In this document: piece after piece, positions 55,104-64,000 of the stretch | Layout of the letters: each line of letters opens with the position of its first letter | How positions within the stretch are numbered: the first letter of the stretch is position 1 | Assembly (NCBI GenBank): GCA_027592325.1 | Contig: JAQCKO010000003.1 | Span: forward strand, 941 to 64,940 | DNA: 64,000 nucleotides | Source: a bacterium | GTDB taxonomy: Bacteria > Patescibacteriota > Patescibacteriia > UBA9934 | Direction of reading: 5' to 3' | Notes under the pieces: generated by a model | Told to the model about the DNA's origin: nothing | Database searches by the model: none | Seen by the model: the letters and a program-made list of their open reading frames with translations, nothing else | Translations under genes and position numbers: made by a program

Positions 55104-55482
55104 CTATTAGCCAATAGCGAGTAGCCGATGTCATTCGAACAAAAATGCTTGGTTTCGTCATTCCGCAAAGCAGAAACTACTGAATCATGAAGACAAAACG
55201 GGCCGCTAGGTCCGTTTTGTCTTACTCCTGACCCAGCTGCGTTGGGTGCGTGCTGGCATTGAGCACGCCTTAGCGGTACATCGACATGCTTGGAGATTTC
55301 TACTCGTCAGGGAGGGCGATAAAACGGTAATCGTGCAAGTCTGGCCGGTATCAAATAAGCGGGCCGAACCTCAAGAACAGCCCATGATCGTACACCCAGT
55401 CAACTGCTGGGTGCTTTTTTATGGACAATACGCAAAAACGGGCCCGAAGACCCGATTCGCACAGACGCTGAATAAAAGATGT

Positions 55483-56007
55483 TTAGGCTTTTCCAAGTGT
55501 ATCTTCGCCTTCATTCCACTCGACAGGACAGAGATCTCCGCTTTGCAGAGCCTTTAAAACGCGAAGTGTTTCATGAACAGAGCGCCCAACCGAGCCACTT
55601 GAAACGAGGGCATATTTCACTATCCCTTCAGGATCGATAATAAACAATCCTCGCTCTGCAGATCCATCCTGATCATTCAGCACCTGATACGCTCGTGATA
55701 CTTCCTGTGTTGTATCAGCAAGAACAGGGTATTCTACCTCTGGGAGATCTTTCTCGAACCAATTTTTATGTGACCATTCAGAATCTGTTGACGCTGCGAG
55801 AATCTTACAATCATTCTCGGCAAATTCTTTTTCGAGTTTTGCAAATCCACGAATTTCTGTTGGACAAATGAAGGTGAAATCACGTGGATAAAAGAAAAGG
55901 AGCAACCATGATCCGGAATAGTCTGATAAGCTCTTTTTTACAAATTCTCCTTTGTGGTAAGTTGTTACCCCTTCAAAGCTTGGGGCTTTTTTTCCAATTT
56001 GAATCAT
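55483..56007 (-). CDS. peroxiredoxin (AhpC/Tsa family)
   Basis: FYPRDFTFICPTE peroxidatic Cys motif and a C-terminal DLCPVEW resolving-Cys region. Confidence 0.8.
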   Translation of the reverse strand: MIQIGKKAPSFEGVTTYHKGEFVKKSLSDYSGSWLLLFFYPRDFTFICPTEIRGFAKLEKEFAENDCKILAASTDSEWSHKNWFEKDLPEVEYPVLADTTQEVSRAYQVLNDQDGSAERGLFIIDPEGIVKYALVSSGSVGRSVHETLRVLKALQSGDLCPVEWNEGEDTLGKA

Positions 56008-56125
56008 AACAGGGTTATTTGGTTTACTGACACCAGATTACATGTTCCATTTTACGCCGTGTAGCAATGATAACAAATGATTGCCTAATTATCTCTATTT
56101 TGTTAGATTTAAACAAACTATTTGT

Positions 56126-57253
56126 ATGACTTCATACCAGAAACGTTCGGTCACCATCGCTCTGATTACGTTTGTTTCCATCATTGCGTTGATTTACCTG
56201 CTATCAACTCTTTCAAAACCGCAATTAGACGATACACGCGTCAATGGCCTTCTTCCAGAAGTGACGTTTGTAGGTACCACCGGATATCGTATTCCACCGC
56301 AGCTCATGTATGCTAACGGACTTGAACCGGAAGACGATCCGACGCTTATACATCCAGCGATGCTTACGACATATGCAGCTGATAGCTATCTTGATGATAC
56401 CGTTCAGGGGATAGTCGTTGAATATGCATCCGGAGCACGATTCTACCCGTACCAAATCATGAACTACCACAGTGTGATTATGGATGAGGTGGACGGTGGA
56501 CGCTATGCGATTACGCACAGTAATTTGTGCCTATCTGACAATGTCTTTGATGTCAGTAATGAAGATGACGGTTACACGCTTGAGTCCTCTGGCATGGTGT
56601 ATGAGAATAACATCCTTTTGCGCGATAATATTTCAAATGCGCTCTGGAGTCAGTTACGCGGTGAGGTACTTGTTGGTGACGAAGCAGATTTTGATCGTCA
56701 ATTGATCGACTATCCGTCGCTTACTATGACTTGGGAGAATTTTAAGGCAACATACCCATCTGGTCTTGCCGTTTCGAATGAAACAGAATTTGTGCGTGAT
56801 TATAGCCGCCATCCATTGGGAGCTTACGATACGAACGAATTTATCTACTTCCCGGTAACGGATATCGATACCCGTGTTCCATACAAATGGCCGCTTGAAG
56901 GAATATCTGTTAATGATGTCCAAACCGCCTTTCCGTATCGCATAATGATCGGTATTGGTGCCGCGAATGAAGATATAAATGGACTACCTATCGCAGCATT
57001 CTACGACCCTGAACTTGACCTCGTCCGAATTTTTGACCGTGCACTCGAAGATGGCACCGTTCTCACCTTCTCATACGATTTCGTCACGAAGGAATTCCGT
57101 GACAATGACACCAATTCACTTTGGTCACCGGAAGGACTCGGGCTTAGTGGGGAATACGAAGGGGTACAGTTAACACGTCTCGAATCAGCACAGTCATTTT
57201 GGCTCTGTTGGTCAAATCATTACCCTGAAACAGGAGTTTCAAAATTAGATTAA
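56126..57253 (+). CDS. membrane-anchored hypothetical protein
   Basis: Start trimmed to MTSYQKR, followed by a TM helix. 375 aa with no recognised motif. Confidence 0.5.
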   Translation: MTSYQKRSVTIALITFVSIIALIYLLSTLSKPQLDDTRVNGLLPEVTFVGTTGYRIPPQLMYANGLEPEDDPTLIHPAMLTTYAADSYLDDTVQGIVVEYASGARFYPYQIMNYHSVIMDEVDGGRYAITHSNLCLSDNVFDVSNEDDGYTLESSGMVYENNILLRDNISNALWSQLRGEVLVGDEADFDRQLIDYPSLTMTWENFKATYPSGLAVSNETEFVRDYSRHPLGAYDTNEFIYFPVTDIDTRVPYKWPLEGISVNDVQTAFPYRIMIGIGAANEDINGLPIAAFYDPELDLVRIFDRALEDGTVLTFSYDFVTKEFRDNDTNSLWSPEGLGLSGEYEGVQLTRLESAQSFWLCWSNHYPETGVSKLD

Positions 57254-57393
57254 TCCAGCTACCTTCTCCGTAATTCTGAGCGAGCTTAGCAAGTCGAAGT
57301 AACCATCAATCCAAAGAGTTTCTTCAGCTCTGGCCATTGACTTTTGTTCCCGGCGGATCCGGGCACGAAGGCCGAAAATTGTAACACAATAAC

Positions 57394-58053
57394 ATGTCTG
57401 AGCTCTTCATCATCGCAACGCCCATAGGCAATATTGCCGACCTTTCTCATCGAGCAATCGAAACCATGAAACGGGTTGACATTCTCCTTTGCGAAGATAA
57501 TCGTATAACAGGTAGCCTTCTTCATAAGCTCGGTATTAAGGTAGAAACGACATCGATTCATCAGCATAGCGATGACGCGCAGATCCGCGAACTTCTCAGC
57601 TTGTATAAGACTATTGGCTATGTGAGCGATGCTGGAACGCCTGGCGTAGCAGATCCTGGTGGAAAAGTGGTACAGATAGCGCGCGAACAAAACTTCAAGA
57701 TTAGTCCCATTCCTGGTCCGTCGGCACTAACGGCAGCCCTGAGCATTGCGGGTTTTCCTACGGACCGATTTCTCTTTATGGGGTTTCCTCCTCAAAAAAA
57801 GGGTCGCACAGCCTACTTTCAAGATATTGCTGCATCCGATCGGGCCGTCGGACTCTACGAATCAAAGCATCGCATAGAAAAAACATTGTCAGAACTTCCG
57901 CAAAATCGCTATATGCTTGCAGGACGCGAGTTAACCAAGCTTCACGAATCAATTTACACCGGCACCGCTCCTGAAATCATTCAACAACTGAACGCATCGA
58001 GCTCGAAAGGCGAATTCGTGCTTATTCTTGCGCCAAAACATTGGACTATATGA
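57394..58053 (+). CDS. rsmI: 16S rRNA (cytidine1402-2'-O)-methyltransferase
   Basis: LFIIATPIGNIADLSHRAIETMKRVDILLCED tetrapyrrole-methylase-fold N-terminus typical of RsmI. Confidence 0.75.
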   Translation: MSELFIIATPIGNIADLSHRAIETMKRVDILLCEDNRITGSLLHKLGIKVETTSIHQHSDDAQIRELLSLYKTIGYVSDAGTPGVADPGGKVVQIAREQNFKISPIPGPSALTAALSIAGFPTDRFLFMGFPPQKKGRTAYFQDIAASDRAVGLYESKHRIEKTLSELPQNRYMLAGRELTKLHESIYTGTAPEIIQQLNASSSKGEFVLILAPKHWTI

Positions 58054-59483
58054 AGCATTACATTACAACAACGCTCCCTTACGTTAATGCAAAGCCGCAT
58101 ATTGGATTTGCGCTTGAAATTGTGCAGGCTGATGCTATTGCGAGATTTTGGCGCATGAGCGCACATGAGATCATATTCAACACAGGAACAGACGAGCATG
58201 GGCAAAAAATATACGAGATGGCTCTTGCCGCAGGTAAAGATCCAAAAGAGTATGTTGATGTGTTCGCGGCAAAATTTGATGAACTAAAAGGGGCGTTGAA
58301 TCTGAGTTATACGCACTTCATACAAACAAGTAGTGAAAAACACCGTACGGCCGCGCAAGCCTTTTGGAGGGCCTGCAAGGAAAATGGTGATATTTATAAA
58401 GACCGATATCAGACAAAATATTGTGTTGGCTGTGAGCTTGAAAAAACGGATTCAGAGCTGAATGCCGACGCGCGATGTCCATTGCATCCGAATCGCGATC
58501 TTGAGCTACGTGATGAAGAAAATTACTTTTTCCGATTCTCAAAGTATCAGCAGCCTCTCATAGAGTTTTACAACGCAAATCCTCATTTTGTTCAGCCACC
58601 ACATAGGCAAAAAGAAATTCACACCTTTGTTGAGGCAGGGCTAAAGGATTTCAGTATCTCTCGAGTAAAAGCGAAAATGCCTTGGGGGGTTCCCGTGCCT
58701 GGCGATGAAGAACATGTAATGTACGTGTGGTTTGATGCCCTCGTGAATTATATTTCAACGCTTGGATGGGGAAGTGATGATGCATCTGAATTTGATGCAT
58801 ATTGGCCAGGTGTGCAGGTTGCAGGAAAAGATAATCTCCGTCAGCAATCGGCGATGTGGCAGGCAATGCTCATGTCAGCGAACGTCGCAAACTCGAAGCA
58901 AGTGTTCATTCATGGATTCATTACAGCAAATGGACAAAAAATGAGTAAATCGCTAGGGAATGTTGTCGATCCATTCGAACTTGTAAACGAATACGGAACT
59001 GATGCCGTGCGTTATTATCTGCTACGTGAACTACCTTCCGCAGAAGACGGGGACTATTCGACCGATCGTATGAACCTTCGTTACGCTGAGCTCGCCAATC
59101 AATTAGGGAATTTGGTGAGCCGCGTTGCAGCGATGAGCAATACCTATTTCGATGGCATCCTCGACAAGCCGAAGGTCAGCTGGCTGAAACAAAATGCCGA
59201 GCTTGAAGATATGATCGTGCGTTATCAATTCAAGGCATATGCTGATTATGTCTTCGCTGCGGTAGCTAAAGCGAATGAGATTATCGATAAAGAAGAACCG
59301 TTTAAAACGGTGAAAACTGATCCTCATGCAGCAAAGAAAACCCTCAGCGATGTCGCTGAAATCATTCGCTGGGTAGGAAAGGCACTTCAGCCGATTATTC
59401 CAGAGGCCGGAGAAGAAATCATGCGGCGATACGGCGGAGAAAAGATTCTGATTGGAGAGGCATTATTCCCGAGAAGGGATTAA
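58041..59483 (+). CDS. metG: methionine--tRNA ligase
   Basis: Class I motifs HIGFALEIV (HIGH) and KMSKSLGNVV. 480 aa minimal form. Confidence 0.85.
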   Translation: MDYMKHYITTTLPYVNAKPHIGFALEIVQADAIARFWRMSAHEIIFNTGTDEHGQKIYEMALAAGKDPKEYVDVFAAKFDELKGALNLSYTHFIQTSSEKHRTAAQAFWRACKENGDIYKDRYQTKYCVGCELEKTDSELNADARCPLHPNRDLELRDEENYFFRFSKYQQPLIEFYNANPHFVQPPHRQKEIHTFVEAGLKDFSISRVKAKMPWGVPVPGDEEHVMYVWFDALVNYISTLGWGSDDASEFDAYWPGVQVAGKDNLRQQSAMWQAMLMSANVANSKQVFIHGFITANGQKMSKSLGNVVDPFELVNEYGTDAVRYYLLRELPSAEDGDYSTDRMNLRYAELANQLGNLVSRVAAMSNTYFDGILDKPKVSWLKQNAELEDMIVRYQFKAYADYVFAAVAKANEIIDKEEPFKTVKTDPHAAKKTLSDVAEIIRWVGKALQPIIPEAGEEIMRRYGGEKILIGEALFPRRD

Positions 59484-59535
59484 CCTAAACCTACTTCGGC
59501 TGTAGTGCTTGAACCAATCCTGATACAATACCCCT

Positions 59536-60018
59536 ATGTCCACATTCGATCTCATCCTCATTGGCGTCCTCATTGCCTTCACCGCGTATGGCTTTGTTCA
59601 AGGGTTCATTAAGACCCTTGGGGGTATTGTTGGGCTGATTGTCGGATTTGTTGTTGCTGGGATTCTCCTTGGCTTCTTGCAAGTTCAATATGACATACTC
59701 GCGCAACCAGTTGTATCAACGATTGCCTTTTTGATCATCAGCTTAGTCCTCAGTAAAATCATTAGTTGGCTCTTTGGCATCCTTGAGGGTCTCAAGAATA
59801 TGGCGAAAATCATCCCTTTTGTTGGGCTGACAAATCAGATACTTGGAGGCATTCTCGGTCTGCTCGAAGCAGCATTACTGATCATGGGTGCGGGATTCGT
59901 CATGACGCGCGTGCTTCCCGATGGGCCGATAAAAGATTTTGCCTTCGAATCTGAAGTTCTGGATTTCTTTGAATTCGGTTACGGCATGATTGGCGCAATT
60001 ATTCCAAAACTTTTCTGA
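59536..60018 (+). CDS. cvpA: CvpA-family membrane protein
   Basis: N-terminus DLILIGVLIAFTAYGFVQGF and 4 TM helices. Confidence 0.65.
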   Translation: MSTFDLILIGVLIAFTAYGFVQGFIKTLGGIVGLIVGFVVAGILLGFLQVQYDILAQPVVSTIAFLIISLVLSKIISWLFGILEGLKNMAKIIPFVGLTNQILGGILGLLEAALLIMGAGFVMTRVLPDGPIKDFAFESEVLDFFEFGYGMIGAIIPKLF

Positions 60019-60019
60019 T

Positions 60020-60871
60020 ATGCAATTTATCGATACCCATTGTCACGTTCATTTTGAGGCGTATAAGACGGATATGGACGACGTTGTGCAGCGCGCGCTT
60101 GATGGTGGTGTTCAGATGATTACGGTTGGAACGCAAACAACAACGAGTAAAAACGGGATTCTCCTTGCAGAACGATACGAAGGAGTTTGGGCGACTATTG
60201 GACTTCATCCGAATCATGTTCACAAACAAGCCTTTTTTGACGAAAACGAATTACCCGCTGAAAAACAACCGACAGACGAAATTAAAACGCGATCAGAAAC
60301 CTTCGATGAATCTTACTATCGCGAGCTGGTTGCACATCCAAAAGTCGTGGCCATAGGTGAATTTGGCCTCGATTACTATCGACTTCCTGAAGGGCAAGGC
60401 CCTGAACAGCTTATCGACGATCAAAAACGTGAAGCAAAAAAGCAAATTGAGTTTGCTAGCCAATTCAATAAACCAGTCGTAATACATTGCCGCGATGCTC
60501 ACGCAGATCAATTCGCGCTCTTAAAAGCCGAAATCGATCAAGGTGGACTCACGCGCCGAGGCGTTGTCCATTGTTTTACGGGGACCGCAGAAGATGCAGA
60601 ACGGTATGCATCAATTGGATTTAAAACATCGATTACCGGTATTGTGACGTTCTCAAAAGAACTGCAAGCCGTCGTGAAGGACATCCCGCTTGAACAGATA
60701 ATGATTGAAACGGACAGTCCATACCTCACACCAGCACCGAATAGAGGCAAACGGAATGAACCACTTTATGTGAAGGATGTTGCAAAAGTCATCGCTGACT
60801 TAAAGGGCGTGAGCCTTGAAGAAGTTGCAGAGCGCACAACTGAGACAGCAAAAGGGTTGTTTCTCATCTAA
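60020..60871 (+). CDS. tatD: TatD-family metal-dependent hydrolase
   Basis: FIDTHCHVHF N-terminus, then GLHPNHV and EIGLDYY. Start trimmed to ATG 60020. Confidence 0.8.
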   Translation: MQFIDTHCHVHFEAYKTDMDDVVQRALDGGVQMITVGTQTTTSKNGILLAERYEGVWATIGLHPNHVHKQAFFDENELPAEKQPTDEIKTRSETFDESYYRELVAHPKVVAIGEFGLDYYRLPEGQGPEQLIDDQKREAKKQIEFASQFNKPVVIHCRDAHADQFALLKAEIDQGGLTRRGVVHCFTGTAEDAERYASIGFKTSITGIVTFSKELQAVVKDIPLEQIMIETDSPYLTPAPNRGKRNEPLYVKDVAKVIADLKGVSLEEVAERTTETAKGLFLI

Positions 60872-63690
60872 TGTCACATCTCCTCGAAAACCTGAACGAA
60901 GAGCAAAAAAGCGCCGTTATACATCGTAGCGGGCCTTTAATGATTGTGGCCGGTGCTGGAACGGGGAAGACGACCGTCATAACACGACGCATCGCGTGGC
61001 TAATTGAAGAAGGCCTTGCAAAGCCGCATGAAATTCTGGCACTTACCTTTACCGAAAAAGCGGCAAGTGAGATGGAAGAGCGTGTCGATAAACTGCTCCC
61101 AATTGGAATGATAGATGTTTTCATTGCGACATTTCATGGATTTTGTGATCGCCTGCTTCGCGAGTATGCGCTCGATATTGGACTTTCTCCGAATTACCGA
61201 CTACTCACAGAAATGGATAGCTTACACCTTCTTCGTAAATACGAAGAGAGGTTTGCGTTCAATCTCTATAAACCCCGCAGCCGGCCATCGTCCTTTTACA
61301 AATCATTCTTGAATTATATTTCGAAAATCAAGGACTTTGCACAAAAGCCACAGGAGCTTCTTGAAGCCTTGCGTGCAGAAACACTATTTCCTGATGAAGC
61401 AGAACGCGAATTGCACGAGAAAGAACGAGAACTGCTAGAAGCCTTCCAAACCTTCGAGAATATTCTTCTTGAAGAGGCGGCGATGGACTTTGGAAATTTA
61501 ATCTCCACAATGATTGAGCTTCTTAAAACACGCCCGAGCGTGAGGAAAGAGCTTCAGAATCGGTTCAAATATATTCTTGTTGATGAATTTCAAGACACAA
61601 ACCCCGCACAGTACGAACTTGTCAAACTATTGGTAGACGAGGAACAAAATATCACAGTGGTAGGAGATGACGATCAGTCGATTTACGCTTTTCGGGGAGC
61701 CTCACTTCAAAATATCCTCACATTTCGTGCCGATTTTCCGTCCTCGAGGCAGATTGTTCTCACAATGAATTATCGCAGCAAACAAGAAGTCCTTGATCAT
61801 TCATATACACTGATTTCACAAAATAACCCGCATAGACTCGAGGCACGCGAACATCTTTCAAAGGAATTATTCGCACACAATAAAACGGGTGGGCATGTAT
61901 TGCATCATCATTTTGCCACCGAAGAAGATGAAGTTGAGTTCACGCTGCGCACAATTTTAGAGAAAAAACATGACGGAGGACAGTGGGGCGATATGGCCAT
62001 TTTAGTGCGTGCAAATGCCCATGCAAAAGCGTTCGTTGACGGTTGTGAACGTACTGGGATTCCATACAAGTTCCATGCACTCGAGGGACTATATACCGAG
62101 CCAACCGTGCTTGACACGCTAGCTTGGCTTCATGTCATTCACCAGCCGCATGAAAGTACATACTTGTACCGGGTTCTTCGCATGCACACAGAAATCGACC
62201 CTGATGTAATTGCACGGCTGAGTTTAGAAGCACAAAAATCGGCACGCTCACTTTATGATGTTCTTATTGAGACCACTTCAGAAGCGATACAAGACCTGAC
62301 ATCCACCATTCAAGAACTTCAGATGTTTGCAAGCCAGCGTGCAACCAGTGAAGTCTTTGTCGAAACAGTAAAACGCACCGGCGTACTTGGCCGCATTCGG
62401 CTACTACCAGAAATCGAACAACAACGCGAATTTGATTTACTGAATCAGCTGTATAAACGCATGACGCGTTTTGAACAAATAACTGATGACAAGTCGTTGC
62501 GATGTTTTCTTGACGAGCTTCGTTACGAGCGCGATAGCGGGGAAGAAGGACCACTCCAAGGTGATGTTGAATTAGGGCCAGATGCTGTGCAGATTATGAC
62601 TGTACATGGATCGAAAGGTCTTGAATTCGACATTATTTTCCTTCCAAGTTTGGTCGAACAGCGGTTTCCTGGAACAAAGCGTCGCGATCCACTCCCACTT
62701 CCGAAGGCGATTAACGATGCTATACAGTTACACGACGATCATCACATTCATGAAGAACGGAGACTCTTTTATGTTGCTCTAACACGCGCAAAGAAAGGTG
62801 CATATCTTCTCTCATCAGATACTTACGGTGGAAAACGAAAACGAAAGCCCTCACGATTTCTCGCTGAAATGGACACCACGCCAATCATCGAATCTAGAAC
62901 GCGTGATGGCATCAAGGAAGCCACTGCCATTGAGGCCCCTACATCAACCTTCTCTTCAGAACCACCAAAGACCTTTTCTTTTACACAGATTGCCGCCTAT
63001 GGTAGCTGCCCGCTCCAGTATAAATTTGCGCATTTGTTGCGTATTCCAGTCTTTGGCAGTCCGCACCTAAGTTTCGGAAAAAGCCTTCACAATACGCTAC
63101 ATCAATACCTAGAGCGCTACCGACAATCTGGCGAACTTGGGTCACGAGATGAACTTCATGCGATATTTGAAGAAGAATGGATGGATGAATGGTATGAACA
63201 TGCAACTGCGCGTCAGGAAGCCAAACAGAAGGGAATAGCGATTATCAATGAATATTATGCCATCATCAAAACGTCGCCTCCGAAAATTTTACATCTTGAG
63301 CTTGCATTTAAGCTTTCCATTGGCGGTATTCAAATGAAGGGACGGATCGATCGAATTGACCAAATCGAAGACGGTGTAGAAATTATCGATTATAAAACAG
63401 GCACCCCAAAAATGCGGCTTGATTGGGACGCAAAACGCCAACTGATTCTTTATAACATCGCTGCGGAAGAAGCGCTCAGACCTCCGCTTCCCGTGAAGAA
63501 ATTGACGTATCACTACCTCGATGATCACAGCACTGTCAGTATTGAGCCAAAAGCAGCTGATGTAAAAAGACTCAAACAAGAAATTATGGACACAGCGAAG
63601 GCAATTACAGGAGGAAATTTTGAACCTTCTCCTGGATTTCACTGCCAATTTTGTGATTTTCGTGATATTTGTGAATTTCGCCAAGTATGA
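60871..63690 (+). CDS. UvrD/PcrA-type SF1 helicase fused to C-terminal PD-(D/E)xK (RecB/Cas4-like) nuclease with Cys cluster
   Basis: Walker A AGAGTGKT, DEFQD and GDDDQSIYAFRGA helicase motifs. C-terminal IDRIDQIEDGVEIIDYKTG nuclease motif. Cys at CPLQ and CQFCDFRDIC. Confidence 0.85.
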   Translation: MSHLLENLNEEQKSAVIHRSGPLMIVAGAGTGKTTVITRRIAWLIEEGLAKPHEILALTFTEKAASEMEERVDKLLPIGMIDVFIATFHGFCDRLLREYALDIGLSPNYRLLTEMDSLHLLRKYEERFAFNLYKPRSRPSSFYKSFLNYISKIKDFAQKPQELLEALRAETLFPDEAERELHEKERELLEAFQTFENILLEEAAMDFGNLISTMIELLKTRPSVRKELQNRFKYILVDEFQDTNPAQYELVKLLVDEEQNITVVGDDDQSIYAFRGASLQNILTFRADFPSSRQIVLTMNYRSKQEVLDHSYTLISQNNPHRLEAREHLSKELFAHNKTGGHVLHHHFATEEDEVEFTLRTILEKKHDGGQWGDMAILVRANAHAKAFVDGCERTGIPYKFHALEGLYTEPTVLDTLAWLHVIHQPHESTYLYRVLRMHTEIDPDVIARLSLEAQKSARSLYDVLIETTSEAIQDLTSTIQELQMFASQRATSEVFVETVKRTGVLGRIRLLPEIEQQREFDLLNQLYKRMTRFEQITDDKSLRCFLDELRYERDSGEEGPLQGDVELGPDAVQIMTVHGSKGLEFDIIFLPSLVEQRFPGTKRRDPLPLPKAINDAIQLHDDHHIHEERRLFYVALTRAKKGAYLLSSDTYGGKRKRKPSRFLAEMDTTPIIESRTRDGIKEATAIEAPTSTFSSEPPKTFSFTQIAAYGSCPLQYKFAHLLRIPVFGSPHLSFGKSLHNTLHQYLERYRQSGELGSRDELHAIFEEEWMDEWYEHATARQEAKQKGIAIINEYYAIIKTSPPKILHLELAFKLSIGGIQMKGRIDRIDQIEDGVEIIDYKTGTPKMRLDWDAKRQLILYNIAAEEALRPPLPVKKLTYHYLDDHSTVSIEPKAADVKRLKQEIMDTAKAITGGNFEPSPGFHCQFCDFRDICEFRQV

Positions 63691-64000
63691 GACAAGAATT
63701 CATCGAAAAACCAAAGCGATTTCAGCGTCGGATGCAAAAACACGCAACGAATGCAAATGACCTTGCACATGCATTTTTAAAACGCCACGGCATTAAGGAA
63801 CAGGTTGAATCGTCACAATTGGTGAAACTCGCAAGTACATGGCTTTACGACCATGTGGACCAAGGATTACGCGCTGATATGCGGGTTATATCGTATCAAT
63901 CAGGAATTCTCACAGTTGCCGGTCGCCATGCCGGAGCGATGCATTATCTTGAATCAATTCGTGCATCACTCTACGACAATCTTGTACAGCAAGCCCCAGA
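63687..64000 (+). CDS. DUF721/DciA-like protein (3' end outside window)
   Basis: ATG overlaps the upstream stop (ATGA). Weak pattern match in its first ~100 residues. Partial. Confidence 0.35.
   Translation, partial: MRQEFIEKPKRFQRRMQKHATNANDLAHAFLKRHGIKEQVESSQLVKLASTWLYDHVDQGLRADMRVISYQSGILTVAGRHAGAMHYLESIRASLYDNLVQQAP

Overview
The window is a 64-kb stretch of a roughly 42-45% GC bacterial chromosome with short intergenic spacers, many overlapping start/stop codons and weak or absent Shine-Dalgarno motifs. Calls rest on motifs I can read in the ORF translations, and no searches were run.

Flanking core genes (1-6.5 kb and 23-64 kb):
- class I ribonucleotide reductase beta and alpha subunits, both on the minus strand
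- a glutaredoxin, exonuclease III (xth) and an HtrA-family protease
- a copper-export module: an HMA / polytopic-membrane / cupredoxin-like fusion protein followed by a CopA-type P1B ATPase
- a frameshifted HI0933-family flavoprotein
- class I fructose-bisphosphate aldolase
- two adjacent ABC-F ATPases bracketing an RGG/zinc-ribbon protein
- thymidine kinase, rhodanese, MscL and a DEAD-box helicase
- a COG0523 GTPase, TruB, a Crp/Fnr regulator and a MutY-like glycosylase
- a SpoU methyltransferase, peroxiredoxins Bcp and Prx, PepA, RsmI, MetRS, CvpA and TatD
- a UvrD-type helicase fused to a PD-(D/E)xK nuclease
- a 1091-aa Thr/Ser/Gly-rich surface protein

The standout is an accessory region between about 7.06 and 23.1 kb. 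A tRNA-Asn(GTT) gene is followed by about 16 kb containing 14 copies of a roughly 29-nt sequence that mimics the tRNA T-loop/acceptor 3' end, nearly all ending in CGGAGCCA. One copy, 1.07 kb downstream of the tRNA, is a perfect 21-nt direct repeat of the tRNA 3' end. Each copy is followed directly by a terminator-like hairpin, and five junctions also share a conserved 45-nt block. Between consecutive repeats lie one to three mostly plus-strand cargo genes:
- a creatininase-family protein, a polymerase-beta-type nucleotidyltransferase and an HExxH protein
- two SAM methyltransferases and a P-loop kinase
- a 977-aa acidic protein with a C-terminal His/Cys pattern whose order matches clan-CD (caspase-like) peptidases
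- a high-GC, evidently foreign L,D-transpeptidase-like gene
- Nudix, RidA and SET-domain proteins

No integrase or recombinase is encoded anywhere in the window. I read this as a tRNA-anchored, integron-like cassette array or a tandem accretion of integrase-less mobilisable cassettes. It is the most likely candidate for an undescribed system here, and several cargo genes, including the caspase-like protein and a 780-aa protein with two excisionase-type HTH domains at 37.5 kb, are uncharacterised.
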